From positions 1,706 to 65,705 of the forward strand of contig DATDVZ010000007.1 in the NCBI GenBank assembly GCA_036517475.1: a DNA stretch of 64,000 nucleotides, in the 5' to 3' direction. Positions 48,497 to 58,139 of the stretch are shown here, piece after piece. Source of the stretch: Minisyncoccota bacterium (GTDB lineage Bacteria > Patescibacteriota > Minisyncoccia > Phycocordibacterales > Zambryskibacteraceae). Within the stretch, counting starts at the first letter, position 1; each line of letters begins with the position of its first letter. The translations under genes were made by a program, and so were the position numbers. Below the pieces are notes generated by a model, which made no database searches, was not told the origin of the DNA, and saw nothing but the letters and a program-made list of their open reading frames with translations.

Positions 48497-49000
48497 ATGC
48501 AAAATAAATGTGGTTATATTAAAATTACTATAGTGGATAAAAAGAAAAAAAAGGCCTCAAGTGCATTTACATTGATTGAAGTATTAATAGTAATCGGGAT
48601 AATTGCGGTCCTCGCAGGAATAGTTCTTGTTGCCATTAATCCCGGCAGGCAGTTTGCCCAAGCTAGGGACACTCAAAGGATAAGTAACATCAATGCAATT
48701 TTAAATGCAATCGGACAATATACAATTGATAATAAAGGAATGCTTCCGGTTGGAATCCCCGCAAAAGGAGATAACCCAATTGAAATAGATCAGACTATCT
48801 GCTCTGCAATTGTACCGACATACCTGCCGGCACTTCCAACAGACCCATCATCAAGTTCCAAAGGTGCTTCAATTACTGACTGTGATAGTGTTGCAACAAG
48901 CACCGTTCTATACGCAATATTTCAGGACAATAATGGCAGGATTACTGTAAGCACAGAAAGGGGCGAGATCGGGACCTCGACTATATCTGCTACCAGATAA
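48497..49000 (+). CDS. type IV pilin (prepilin-type N-terminal methylation domain)
   Basis: AFTLIEVLIVIGIIAVLAGI class III signal; terminator AAACCCGCATTTCGCGGGTTTTT at 49060-49085. Confidence 0.65.
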   Translation: MQNKCGYIKITIVDKKKKKASSAFTLIEVLIVIGIIAVLAGIVLVAINPGRQFAQARDTQRISNINAILNAIGQYTIDNKGMLPVGIPAKGDNPIEIDQTICSAIVPTYLPALPTDPSSSSKGASITDCDSVATSTVLYAIFQDNNGRITVSTERGEIGTSTISATR

Positions 49001-49097
49001 CAAAATTAAGAGATTAAAATCCAAAAGAGGAAAATCTAAAATTTAGAATACGTGAAACAAAAACCCGCATTTCGCGGGTTTTTGTTTTGCATGCAAT

Positions 49098-49252
49098 ATA
49101 GTCCCTCGTGGCAAGCCCCGAGGTAATTACGGAACTCGCTTCGCTTATCCATTTAGCGCGGCAAGCCGCGCAGTATTGGACTATATTAGCTCCTCGGCTC
49201 GGAAATGGAAAAGTAAAACTCTTCCATTTCTCTCGCTCTACGTCGCTAATAA
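49098..49252 (+). repeat. structured GC-rich intergenic repeat, family R, copy 3
   Basis: ATAGTCCCTCGTGGCAAGCCCCGAGG..GCGCGGCAAGCCGCGC..TATATTAGCTCCTCGGCTCGGAA..TCTCGCTCTACGTCGCTAATAA. Confidence 0.8.
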
Positions 49253-49259
49253 GGATAGA

Positions 49260-49460
49260 TTACATAGCTGCGCCTCCTGACTGCTTCTTGTAGGTGAAGA
49301 GAGAATAGAGTGCAGAAAGACCAACCAAAATATAAACAATCATAGAGATACCGCTGCCCAGAATACTCTCAACTACGTTACCAAGACCAACCCCCATCAG
49401 GCCCCAGTTTAGGCCTCCGATTACGAGCAGAACCCAGGCAACTGTTTGTAAACCTTTCAT
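49260..49460 (-). CDS. DUF378-family small membrane protein
   Basis: GGLNWGLMG motif. Confidence 0.55.
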   Translation of the reverse strand: MKGLQTVAWVLLVIGGLNWGLMGVGLGNVVESILGSGISMIVYILVGLSALYSLFTYKKQSGGAAM

Positions 49461-49600
49461 AATATTTTTTAAAAAAATATTTATTAAATCGACTCTATTA
49501 AATTATGAGGCATTCCCAGAAGCTTACAAGACCTTTTTCCCCAATATCTTATAGCTAAACAGAGCCCTAGAACGCTTTCTGTGTTAAAATAGTAAATTAA

Positions 49601-50086
49601 ATGAAAATAATCTGGGACAAAGTAACATCTTTTTCAAAGTTTTGCGCGCTGATTTTTTTTCTTTTAATTCTCCCTCTTTGGATTGTATATGTGATGAATA
49701 TTTACAAAGAAACATCTCACCTGTTAAGTAACAATAGCTCGCCAGTTTGTGAAGGAGCAAGTTGTACAAAAGAAACACAAGCAATTGAAAATTCAGGTGT
49801 TATGGGAACTGTAACAATTGGGGCCAAGTGCTCTGAAACCGAAAGGAGTAAGTGCAGTGGCAAGCCATATTCAGCACATCTTAAAGTTACTTACGAGAGC
49901 GGGAAAGTTATTACCCAAACTTTTGTTTCGCCAGACGGTAAGTTTCTTCTGCTTCTTCCTCCGGGAAGCTACATGATTTACAACGGCTCTGATAAGAATA
50001 CTGTCAGTTTTTCTCCCCAAAAGATATCAGTGGAAAAAAATAAAATTTCTTCTATAAATCTCTACTTTGAAAGCAATAGAGAGTAG
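49601..50086 (+). CDS. membrane-anchored secreted protein with carboxypeptidase-regulatory-like beta domain
   Basis: N-terminal TM; KVTYESGKVITQTFVSPDGKFLLLLPPGSYMI. Confidence 0.4.
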   Translation: MKIIWDKVTSFSKFCALIFFLLILPLWIVYVMNIYKETSHLLSNNSSPVCEGASCTKETQAIENSGVMGTVTIGAKCSETERSKCSGKPYSAHLKVTYESGKVITQTFVSPDGKFLLLLPPGSYMIYNGSDKNTVSFSPQKISVEKNKISSINLYFESNRE

Positions 50087-50140
50087 TTTGATTTAAATTT
50101 CTTGATGTGCTAATTTGATATTGGAAGAAAGGAGGGCCAA

Positions 50141-50380
50141 ATGGAACCCCATCAAAAAGATCGTGAAAAAACAGCTATCTTTGAAAGAGCCTGTGCGGGT
50201 TGCAGAGCCGTTCTGCAGATCAATCCACAAAACATCAACCCAAGGATCCCGTATATTCTATGCCCTACCTGCGGACTTGAGTGTATGATTCCTCAGGACG
50301 CTATTTATATGGCCGAGCTGATTCTTAAGGAAAAAAGAAGAAAGTACGGCCGACGAAACAAAGCTATAAATCCCGAATAG
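50141..50380 (+). CDS. small zinc-ribbon protein
   Basis: CxxC...CxxC; terminator AAATCCCGAATAGGGATTTTTTT at 50368-50390. Confidence 0.4.
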   Translation: MEPHQKDREKTAIFERACAGCRAVLQINPQNINPRIPYILCPTCGLECMIPQDAIYMAELILKEKRRKYGRRNKAINPE

Positions 50381-50388
50381 GGATTTTT

Positions 50389-50700
50389 TTATAAACGACG
50401 TAGAGCGAGAGAAATGAAAAATTCTTATTTTTCATTTCCGAGCCGAGGAGTTTATATAGTATCCAATTATATAAACGACGTAGAGTGAAAAAGCGAAAAC
50501 ATGGAGCTTTTGCAAGGTCGGAGCACGACGGTGCGAGACAGGATCGAAAGATTTTTCAGTAGAAAAATACTTTTGATAGAGAAGTGAGAAAGTTTACTTT
50601 CTCACTTACGAGCCGAGGTGAGGAAGCGAATACATGGAGCCCATTCGGGTCTGAAAGACCCTCAGGGTCTTAAACGACTTCGCAAGACTTTGAGCTCCGA
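50389..50700 (-). repeat. family R repeats, two partial/variant copies in tandem (inverted orientation)
   Basis: TTATAAACGACGTAGAGCGAGAG...CCGAGCCGAGGAG (rc of 3' module) at 50389-50466 and a second rearranged copy 50471-50700. Confidence 0.6.
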
Positions 50701-50860
50701 TACTATCGGAGCGAAAAGTGTACAGTTCATGTAATGAAATTATATTGTACCAAGTTATATTGATATTTTTAAATTTTTTGAATGTTAACATTCTGTACGA
50801 TCGTACAAAATGTTAACATTGGTCTTTAAGTTGCCAACCTAGTTAAATTTGATTACAAAA

Positions 50861-51733
50861 CTACTGCTCTATACAATTATTATATTGCTTAACCTGATCG
50901 TTATATTTTGTAATATCTGATTTTACAACCGCAATCAGGTCATTAATCTGTCTTACAAGTAAGTTATACTCCGATACTTTTTGATTATAAGCTTCCCTGT
51001 TTGAGCGATTTTTTTCCATCTTTTCTAATTCAACTTCAAGTTGCTTAATCTGGGTTTCTAAACTTGAAATTTCATCCTTTTCACTATCTATTTTAGATTT
51101 TAGGGAAACACTCACCTGAGAGCATTCTGAAAGGGGTCTAGCAAACACTTGTACCGCCATCCACGTACTTTTACCCTGATAAATTCCCTTTCCAACAGCA
51201 ATGCCAATTTCAGTAAATTTTGTACTTAAAATATTTGCCCTATGACCCGAACTAGCCATCCATGCGGCAACCAAAGTCTCATCATCCTCAAAATTTCCTA
51301 AAGCGATATTCTCCCCTATTGAAATATATTCATAGCCAAATCTTTGTGCTTCTTTTGAAACACTTCCTCCCGTGGGAGATATATGCTCAAAATACTGATT
51401 TGCAAACATATCATCTAGCCTTGCTTTTGCTACTGCATTCAGAGTGGCATTTGATTCAAGTGTATTTAAATCAAGTCTAACTCTCTCTGCATTAGTAAAT
51501 TGAAACACTCCCCCAACTGTTAGAAATGCCCTTTCAGATTCAATTTTAGCAACAAGAGCCCCGGGGGTATTAACCTCCTGTTTTATACCCTCAATAATTG
51601 ATTCTATATTTAAATTTTCAAGAAGATTTTTTGCTTGTTTTCGAATCTCATCTCCTTTTTGAAAAAAATATAAGCCAAGGGCTAACAGCACTAAAACAAA
51701 GATATACAGCGCTCTTTTCCAGTTCTGTTTCAT
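50861..51733 (-). CDS. CAP/SCP/PR1-like domain protein with coiled-coil tail
   Basis: N-terminal TM, GHRANIL CAP motif, C-terminal heptad repeats. Confidence 0.55.
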   Translation of the reverse strand: MKQNWKRALYIFVLVLLALGLYFFQKGDEIRKQAKNLLENLNIESIIEGIKQEVNTPGALVAKIESERAFLTVGGVFQFTNAERVRLDLNTLESNATLNAVAKARLDDMFANQYFEHISPTGGSVSKEAQRFGYEYISIGENIALGNFEDDETLVAAWMASSGHRANILSTKFTEIGIAVGKGIYQGKSTWMAVQVFARPLSECSQVSVSLKSKIDSEKDEISSLETQIKQLEVELEKMEKNRSNREAYNQKVSEYNLLVRQINDLIAVVKSDITKYNDQVKQYNNCIEQ

Positions 51734-51846
51734 CCCAGTAGGAAATTTTTTAATGCTGGACTACTAATATTAAACAACATTTTATTAAAGATTTAGTCAT
51801 TTTGATGAATGGGTGTCTGTTGAAAATTCCTACGGGACAAGTGCAT

Positions 51847-52398
51847 TTATTTTGACTGGTCTACAATTTTAACTTCCTGAATACGTTCAATCTGTTTGTT
51901 ATGCTGCTCAAAAATCACCTGCCGCACTTTATCGGGATTTTCAACTTTATTCATCATGTAATCCTCACTGTGTTCGGCGGCGGTTTGAACTCTAATATCA
52001 CCGAATTTAAGAAATGTTGCTATAAGCCCGCGTACATTAATAGTTACATCCTGAATTTTATCAAATGGCAGATTTGAAATTTCTCTATGAAAAAGAGTCA
52101 TCTGCTCTATATCAATAATTCTTTTTTCGGTTATGTACCAAACGTCCAGATAGTAATTTGTCCATTGAATGAAAAACAATAACCAGAGCACGAGAAGCCA
52201 TAGACTATATCCAAAAAAGATAAGAACCCAGAGTTGCCCGGTTATATCTATTGAAGACTCAATATAATTTTCAATTACTCCAAGAAAAAACAGGGGAATA
52301 ATTGCCGCCAGAGCCAGAATAAATCCATAAACGAATATAACAATCCAGTGTCTGCGAACCTCAAATACTATTGTTTCTCCTGGATCAAGATAAAGCAT
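51847..52398 (-). CDS. bPH_2 (YdbT/DUF304-like) membrane protein
   Basis: Two TM helices then PH-like domain (YITEKRIIDIE...FGDIRVQT). Confidence 0.5.
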   Translation of the reverse strand: MLYLDPGETIVFEVRRHWIVIFVYGFILALAAIIPLFFLGVIENYIESSIDITGQLWVLIFFGYSLWLLVLWLLFFIQWTNYYLDVWYITEKRIIDIEQMTLFHREISNLPFDKIQDVTINVRGLIATFLKFGDIRVQTAAEHSEDYMMNKVENPDKVRQVIFEQHNKQIERIQEVKIVDQSK

Positions 52399-52656
52399 TT
52401 AAAAAATAATTAGGAATATTAAAGACCCAGACAATAAAATTCCGGAGACTGTTAAAAATAATTTTTTCATTTTTCTTATGACAGGAGTATTGAAAGAATA
52501 ATTTTTCCAGTGAAAAGAAAGCATCCAGGCAAAACCGGAAAAAATAACAGCTACAAAAATAAAAACCGCAAGCATTAAAATCTTGAAATCTATGCTCTCA
52601 AATGGCATGTAGGCAAGGGCTAAAAGTGATTTATTGAGCATGTATAAATTATACAA
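52399..52656 (-). CDS. small membrane protein
   Basis: 85 aa, 2 TM; stop-start adjacent to 51847..52398. Confidence 0.35.
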   Translation of the reverse strand: MYNLYMLNKSLLALAYMPFESIDFKILMLAVFIFVAVIFSGFAWMLSFHWKNYSFNTPVIRKMKKLFLTVSGILLSGSLIFLIIF

Positions 52657-52788
52657 TAATTAGTTAATCTTTAGGGTAATCTTGGGGGGAGCCCTCAAGA
52701 TTTTACTTACTGACTTGATTTTATTTTTATTTTATGATATAGTTTTTCATAAACCTGATCTTTCACAATCTACTACCAAGGAGGCAAT

Positions 52789-53433
52789 GTGCTCTCTGTT
52801 TTTAAAACGATTGCTTCGCATGCAGACCAAATCATCATTCCCCGCATTTCAGGCGATGGTAAAGTGGAAATTGCTATGATGCCCTACACTAAGGACAGGG
52901 GCACAAAAAATGCTTACATCACTCTCCGGCTGCCAACTGAGAGCCGAAGGAATGGCGAGAGTCTTATGGCAACTGCCATTCGAGGTGTTCGAGAAGAGGC
53001 AGCAAAAGATCCCAGTGACTTTGATATTGAGGTTTGGGGTATGTGCTATGCGGAATTTTTCCAAGATGAGCAGGATCCTGAGGGTGCGCATGTAAAAGCG
53101 GCAATCGTAATTCAACATGTCTGTAATCAAAAAGTTTGCACCCACCTTAGGGATTTCCCCAAAGTGGATCAGGACGATGCAGATGAATTCCATGACCCGA
53201 TGGAGTGGTTGGAAGTAAATGAAATTCTTAACGCACTAAGGAGACGGCGTGAGGGGAAACTCAAGCTCCTTTACTCTCATGGAGTTTCAATTTGCGCATT
53301 CCTTAGAATGCTTTCGACTCGCCTTCCCGAGGTTGAAATGTATTATCACAACTACCTTGAGGAGTATAAGGGAGTGCGGCTTACACCCCAGCAACACACT
53401 GAGCTCGAACGCTATATGGCTCAGGTGAAGTAG
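52789..53433 (+). CDS. hypothetical protein
   Basis: 214 aa; terminator CCCGGCAGATAATGCCGGG+T7 at 53445-53480. Confidence 0.4.
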   Translation: MLSVFKTIASHADQIIIPRISGDGKVEIAMMPYTKDRGTKNAYITLRLPTESRRNGESLMATAIRGVREEAAKDPSDFDIEVWGMCYAEFFQDEQDPEGAHVKAAIVIQHVCNQKVCTHLRDFPKVDQDDADEFHDPMEWLEVNEILNALRRRREGKLKLLYSHGVSICAFLRMLSTRLPEVEMYYHNYLEEYKGVRLTPQQHTELERYMAQVK

Positions 53434-53495
53434 GTCATTTGGACTTCGGTCCCGGCAGATAATGCCGGGACTTTTTTTATGTTAAAATCTCACTG

Positions 53496-54581
53496 ATGCC
53501 TAAAAAACTAGACACTTCTCCATACAAAGGCGTTCGGGATTTCTACCCGCAAGACAAGTTTGTTCAGAACTATATTTTTTCCGTATGGCACAGGGTTGCG
53601 GAGAGTTTCGGTTATGAAGAATACGACGCGTCAATACTTGAACCATCAGAAATTTTCAAGGAAAAATCAGGAGAGGAAATTGTAAATGAGCAGACTTTTA
53701 CTTTTACCGATAGAGGCGGACGTGAGGTAACACTTAGACCTGAGATAACCCCCACTCTTGCCAGAATGGTTGCCGCCCGCAGAAGAGAATTGGGTTTTCC
53801 TCTTCGCTTGTATTCAATCCCCAATCTTTTCCGTTATGAAGCAACCCAGCGAGGAAGACTTCGTGAGCACTGGCAATTAAATGTAGACATAATCGGCGCC
53901 TCAATTCTTCAGGCTGATATTGAAACAATTCTGGTTGCTGACAAAATTATGAAAGAGTTCGGAGCAAAATCACAGGATTATGAAATCAGATTGAATGATC
54001 CCGCCAAAGGAGCAAACATTGATCAATTGATTGGGGCCCTGAAAGATAACGGTATTACAAATATAAAAATTGATGATACCTTGGCGCGCGGGCAGACCTA
54101 CTACACAGGAATAGTATATGAATTTTTTGACACATCTTCCGAGAATCCGCGCTCCCTTCTTGGGGGCGGCAGATACGATAATCTAACCTCCATGTTCGGA
54201 GATTCTTCTAACTTGGGGTTTGTGGGGTTTGGAGCTGGGGATGTGACAATAAAAGATTTTCTCCAAACACATAATCTTCTTCCGACCTATGAGAGTAGAA
54301 CCAGACTTTATATTGCGATTACTGATATTTCACTCTCACAGGAAGTAATTAATTTTGCTCTTAATTTGCAAAGCAAGGGAGTAAATACGGCTATTGACTG
54401 GTCAGAGAGAAAAGTTGGCGATCAGATTAAAAACGCGGCAAAACACGGGGTAAAGTTTGCCACTGTATTCGGAAGTGAAGAGAGTGAAAAGAAGGAATTT
54501 AGAATAAAAAATTTAGATACTGGCGAAGAAAAAACTTTAAAGGAACAGGAAATTCCGGATTTTTTGAAAGCTTCTCTGTAA
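53496..54581 (+). CDS. hisS: histidyl-tRNA synthetase (short form)
   Basis: Class II motifs (RPEITP, FRYEATQRGRLREHWQ, GGGRYD) + C-terminal anticodon-binding domain. Confidence 0.7.
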   Translation: MPKKLDTSPYKGVRDFYPQDKFVQNYIFSVWHRVAESFGYEEYDASILEPSEIFKEKSGEEIVNEQTFTFTDRGGREVTLRPEITPTLARMVAARRRELGFPLRLYSIPNLFRYEATQRGRLREHWQLNVDIIGASILQADIETILVADKIMKEFGAKSQDYEIRLNDPAKGANIDQLIGALKDNGITNIKIDDTLARGQTYYTGIVYEFFDTSSENPRSLLGGGRYDNLTSMFGDSSNLGFVGFGAGDVTIKDFLQTHNLLPTYESRTRLYIAITDISLSQEVINFALNLQSKGVNTAIDWSERKVGDQIKNAAKHGVKFATVFGSEESEKKEFRIKNLDTGEEKTLKEQEIPDFLKASL

Positions 54582-54606
54582 TCTGTTAAGATTCAAAAAA
54601 TTATAT

Positions 54607-55182
54607 ATGCGTAAAATTTTTTTTGATATTGAAACAAGTGATGTATTTTCCGATGTCGGGATAAATGACCCTTCAGCTCTTAATATTTCCGTTGTTGGCA
54701 TATACGATTCCGAAAGAGAGGTATACGAGCATTTTCTTCAGGAGGATCTGACAAAATTATGGCCGATTATTGAAAGCGCCGATGTTTTGATTGGCTATAA
54801 TAGCGATCACTTTGATATTCCCCTACTTAATAAATATTACTCCGGCGATTTAAGAAGTGTACGAAGCCTAGACCTTCTTAAAGAAATAAAAAACTGCTGC
54901 GGCAGAAGAATGAAGTTGGATCAAGTGGCAGAAGGAACACTCGGCATTAATAAAACCGGCGCGGGAATGCAGGCAACAGAATGGTGGAAGAAGGGAGAAA
55001 AACAAAAAGTAATAGATTACTGTCTCAATGATGTAAAAATCACCAAGGAAATTTATGACTATGCTCTCGCTAATAATAAAATAATTTTTAAGGAGGGCGC
55101 TGAACTTATAACTATTCCTCTTAAGACATCACACTGGGAAGAAAAAATAGAAAAAGTACTGAACCATACGCTGCCTTTTTAA
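54607..55182 (+). CDS. RNase H-like 3'-5' exonuclease (PolB-exo-related)
   Basis: FFDIETS Exo I motif, YNSDHFDIP, YCLNDV. Confidence 0.5.
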   Translation: MRKIFFDIETSDVFSDVGINDPSALNISVVGIYDSEREVYEHFLQEDLTKLWPIIESADVLIGYNSDHFDIPLLNKYYSGDLRSVRSLDLLKEIKNCCGRRMKLDQVAEGTLGINKTGAGMQATEWWKKGEKQKVIDYCLNDVKITKEIYDYALANNKIIFKEGAELITIPLKTSHWEEKIEKVLNHTLPF

Positions 55183-55197
55183 GTCGTACTATAAAAA

Positions 55198-55704
55198 ATG
55201 TTTAAATTTATCCAGCAATATTTTCTGAAAGAAAATAGTGCTGGGTTTACACTAATTGAATTACTTATTGTAATCTCCCTTATAACAATTATTTCCGGTC
55301 TGACATCAGTTTTAGGTTTTGATCTCATCAGAGTAGGAGGAGGCAGATCCGAGAAGGACAACCTTGTGAGTCTACTCCAGAGAGCAAGATCAAAATCACT
55401 GAATAATATAGGAGAATTGCGCCATGGAATTCATTTTGAAGTTAATCCTTACAAATTAACCGCTTTTTCCTGCAAGGACTGTGAAGGTTTTGAGGGTGCA
55501 TCAATTGAGTCGGAGTACTCCCCCGCAATAAAAAATTTTGAGATTATTTCTCCCAACATTCCCTTTGATATTTTATATGATCAGCTAAGCGGCAATTGCA
55601 TTAGCGCTCCCTGTGGAAGCGGAGTTGTAATCAAAGTAAGCGATGGCACAAAAATCAGCAACATTTTTATAAGTAAAGTCGGACAAATTGACGCAAATAA
55701 ATGA
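55198..55704 (+). CDS. type IV pilin-like protein
   Basis: GFTLIELLIVISLITIISGL prepilin N-terminus. Confidence 0.6.
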   Translation: MFKFIQQYFLKENSAGFTLIELLIVISLITIISGLTSVLGFDLIRVGGGRSEKDNLVSLLQRARSKSLNNIGELRHGIHFEVNPYKLTAFSCKDCEGFEGASIESEYSPAIKNFEIISPNIPFDILYDQLSGNCISAPCGSGVVIKVSDGTKISNIFISKVGQIDANK

Positions 55705-57107
55705 AAGACCGCAGAAAATCCCAAAGTGGTATTGTCACTATGGAGCTATTAATCGCTCTTTCAATTATCATTCTGACACTGACCTCAGCTACACTTTTGA
55801 CATTCGGCGTGCAATCAAACTTAGTCACAGCGCAAAATTATCAGAGATCAATCTACGAAACAAAAAAACTTATTGAGGATGCCAGAGCGCGGGCCCGTGT
55901 TAATTTTTTAAGTCTTAGAACTATACCGGAGGGCGATTTTGAGATTTATAAAAAAAACCTTTTCGTCTATCCTGAAGGAGAATTTGAAAAAAGAATTCTT
56001 GGGACTCTGGATTGGGCTGGCGGCAGTGTCTCCTTGAGAACCGCCCTGACTGACTGGAATAAGGGGAAATGTAATATTGATTTGAGTAAAAACTGGAGAG
56101 AGCCCAAAGAGTATGCTTATGCTGATCTTTCAAGTCCAAATAGTGGAACTGGTATTGCAATCAAGGACAAAGTGGCCTTTCTTACCTCAGACCCCTCCTC
56201 TGCTCCTCTATATGATTTTTATGCCTTTGATATCAGTTCTGTTTTTTACGGCAAAGGTGAGCTCCCGGTATTAAAAAGTTTTAGCACAGGACTGGGTTTA
56301 ACGGATGTAAAAATTTCAGGAAATTTTGCCTATGCAAGCGCTCATAGCGCATTGAATCAGTTAGTAATTATAGACGTTGGAGACCCGACAAAGCTCGGTG
56401 ACCGGGGCGTCAAATCAAGTCTTGATGTCACAGAGGTTGGAGACTCTGCATACGGCAACACATTATTTTTTAACAGCGATAAAATTTATTTAGGTCTTAC
56501 AAAATCAAATGGTCCGGAGTTCTACATCATTGATGTTACTGATCCTGCAAGCCCGAGTGTGATAAATGGTTCAGAGTTTGAAGTAGATGGGGCCGTCAAC
56601 TCTATTTTTGTTGAAAATAATACTGCCTACATTGCCACTGCTTCCACCTCGCAGCTTCTCACGCTTAATATTGAGAATCCCTCATCAGTAAGATTAATTG
56701 ACAAGTACAGCTCAAGCGCTCTGACCGGGCAAAGTATTGCTAAAAACAACAACATTATTTACTTCGGCAGAATCGGTGGCAGTGGAAATCCAAAACTTTT
56801 CTCGTTTTCTGATAATAATCTAAATTCCCCTCTCTGGAACATGAATATGGGAAGTCAAAGCGGAATATATAATATGTTTTTTTATAATAATTTACTTTTT
56901 ATGAATAATTCTGACCCCAATGATGGATTTCAGATTTGGGATATTACCGGAGCCGATGGAGAGACTGCTCCAGTACGGTTTGATACCGAAAATCTCAATA
57001 TTGAACAGGGCCAGCCAACAGGGATACTCTGCAATGAAGGTTTACTGTTTGTAGCCCAAAATGGAGAACGTGGATTAACTGTAATCGGTCCAAATCCAAT
57101 CCAATGA
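55701..57107 (+). CDS. large pseudopilin with LVIVD-type beta-propeller repeats
   Basis: GIVTMELLIALSIIILTL pilin-like N-terminus; repeated hydrophobic-IDV-DP motifs (LVIIDVGDPTKL, YIIDVTDPASP, LTLNIENPSS); translationally coupled to neighbours (ATGA overlaps). Confidence 0.55.
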   Translation: MKDRRKSQSGIVTMELLIALSIIILTLTSATLLTFGVQSNLVTAQNYQRSIYETKKLIEDARARARVNFLSLRTIPEGDFEIYKKNLFVYPEGEFEKRILGTLDWAGGSVSLRTALTDWNKGKCNIDLSKNWREPKEYAYADLSSPNSGTGIAIKDKVAFLTSDPSSAPLYDFYAFDISSVFYGKGELPVLKSFSTGLGLTDVKISGNFAYASAHSALNQLVIIDVGDPTKLGDRGVKSSLDVTEVGDSAYGNTLFFNSDKIYLGLTKSNGPEFYIIDVTDPASPSVINGSEFEVDGAVNSIFVENNTAYIATASTSQLLTLNIENPSSVRLIDKYSSSALTGQSIAKNNNIIYFGRIGGSGNPKLFSFSDNNLNSPLWNMNMGSQSGIYNMFFYNNLLFMNNSDPNDGFQIWDITGADGETAPVRFDTENLNIEQGQPTGILCNEGLLFVAQNGERGLTVIGPNPIQ

Positions 57108-57568
57108 ACAAAGGAATAACTCTAATTGAGACTTTAATCTATATTGCGCTTTTCATTATAATAATGGGCGGCGCCCTTTTTGCTTCCTATTCAATTATTC
57201 TCTCACAGGAGTCAAACAAAAATAAAATAATCCTTCAGGAGGAGGCGAATTTCATTTATCGTAAATTCACTTGGGCATTAAACGGTTCTGTAATTTCCCA
57301 GATCAGCACTACTACCCTGAAATTAATAAAAAATTCTGGTGAGCAAATTAATTTTAGTTATGAAAGTCCTTATCTTTATATAGAGATTTTACCTGAGGGC
57401 AGATTACCGCTAAATTCCGGGGTTGTATCTGTATCAGATGTTGAGTTTAGAAAAACGACGGAGTTTGGTTATCCTGACCGAATTAGTATTGATTTTATTC
57501 TTACTGTATTTGACGGAGGAAGAAGTAGTTCAGAAAATTTTAGTTTCTGGAAATATTTAAGACAATGA
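57104..57568 (+). CDS. pilin-like protein
   Basis: GITLIETLIYIALFIIIMGG. Confidence 0.55.
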   Translation: MNKGITLIETLIYIALFIIIMGGALFASYSIILSQESNKNKIILQEEANFIYRKFTWALNGSVISQISTTTLKLIKNSGEQINFSYESPYLYIEILPEGRLPLNSGVVSVSDVEFRKTTEFGYPDRISIDFILTVFDGGRSSSENFSFWKYLRQ

Positions 57569-58080
57569 AAATAAACTTACAACAGATAACAGACAACAAA
57601 CAACTTGGACAGCAAAATAATACTGCCTGCCCCGTTAAAGGACTGCCCTGCCGAAGGCAGTCCGTACGGACCATGGGGCAGATTTCCTTTAACGGGGGGT
57701 TTACAGCTTTAATGAGCGCTATAGTGCTTTCATTTCTTCTTTTAACTGTGGCTGTGACCATCGGAACAGTGGGCTTAAATAACCGACTCAACATTTCTGA
57801 AACTGAATTTAAGGAAAGAAGTCTAAATCTTGCAGAAGGCTGTGTAGATATTGCCATATCAAGCATAAACGACGGTTTCTTCCCAAGCAATCTAACAATA
57901 ACAATAGGCGAAAATTCCGAAGATAAATGCATCATTGTTTCTGCTTTGCATGGAGTTCCGGCAGCCAATTTATATGAGATAAAGACTAGGTCAGATATTC
58001 AAAACGCAGTTACTAATCTCAAAGTCGTACTGGATAAAAATAAAAATGTAATCACATGGGAAGAAGTTTCCAATTTCTGA
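57565..58080 (+). CDS. pilin-like protein
   Basis: GGFTALMSAIVLSFLLLTVAV. Confidence 0.5.
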   Translation: MKINLQQITDNKQLGQQNNTACPVKGLPCRRQSVRTMGQISFNGGFTALMSAIVLSFLLLTVAVTIGTVGLNNRLNISETEFKERSLNLAEGCVDIAISSINDGFFPSNLTITIGENSEDKCIIVSALHGVPAANLYEIKTRSDIQNAVTNLKVVLDKNKNVITWEEVSNF

Positions 58081-58139
58081 TTTTGAGATTTACTAAAGCT
58101 GTGATTATATACTCTCTTAGAAACAGCCGGAGTAGTTTT

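Noticed and set aside
50786-50801. LexA/SOS box call for CTGTACGATCGTACAA
   Set aside because: One mismatch from CTGT-N8-ACAG and located downstream of a gene rather than in a promoter. No lexA or recA in the window. Kept only as a generic palindrome.
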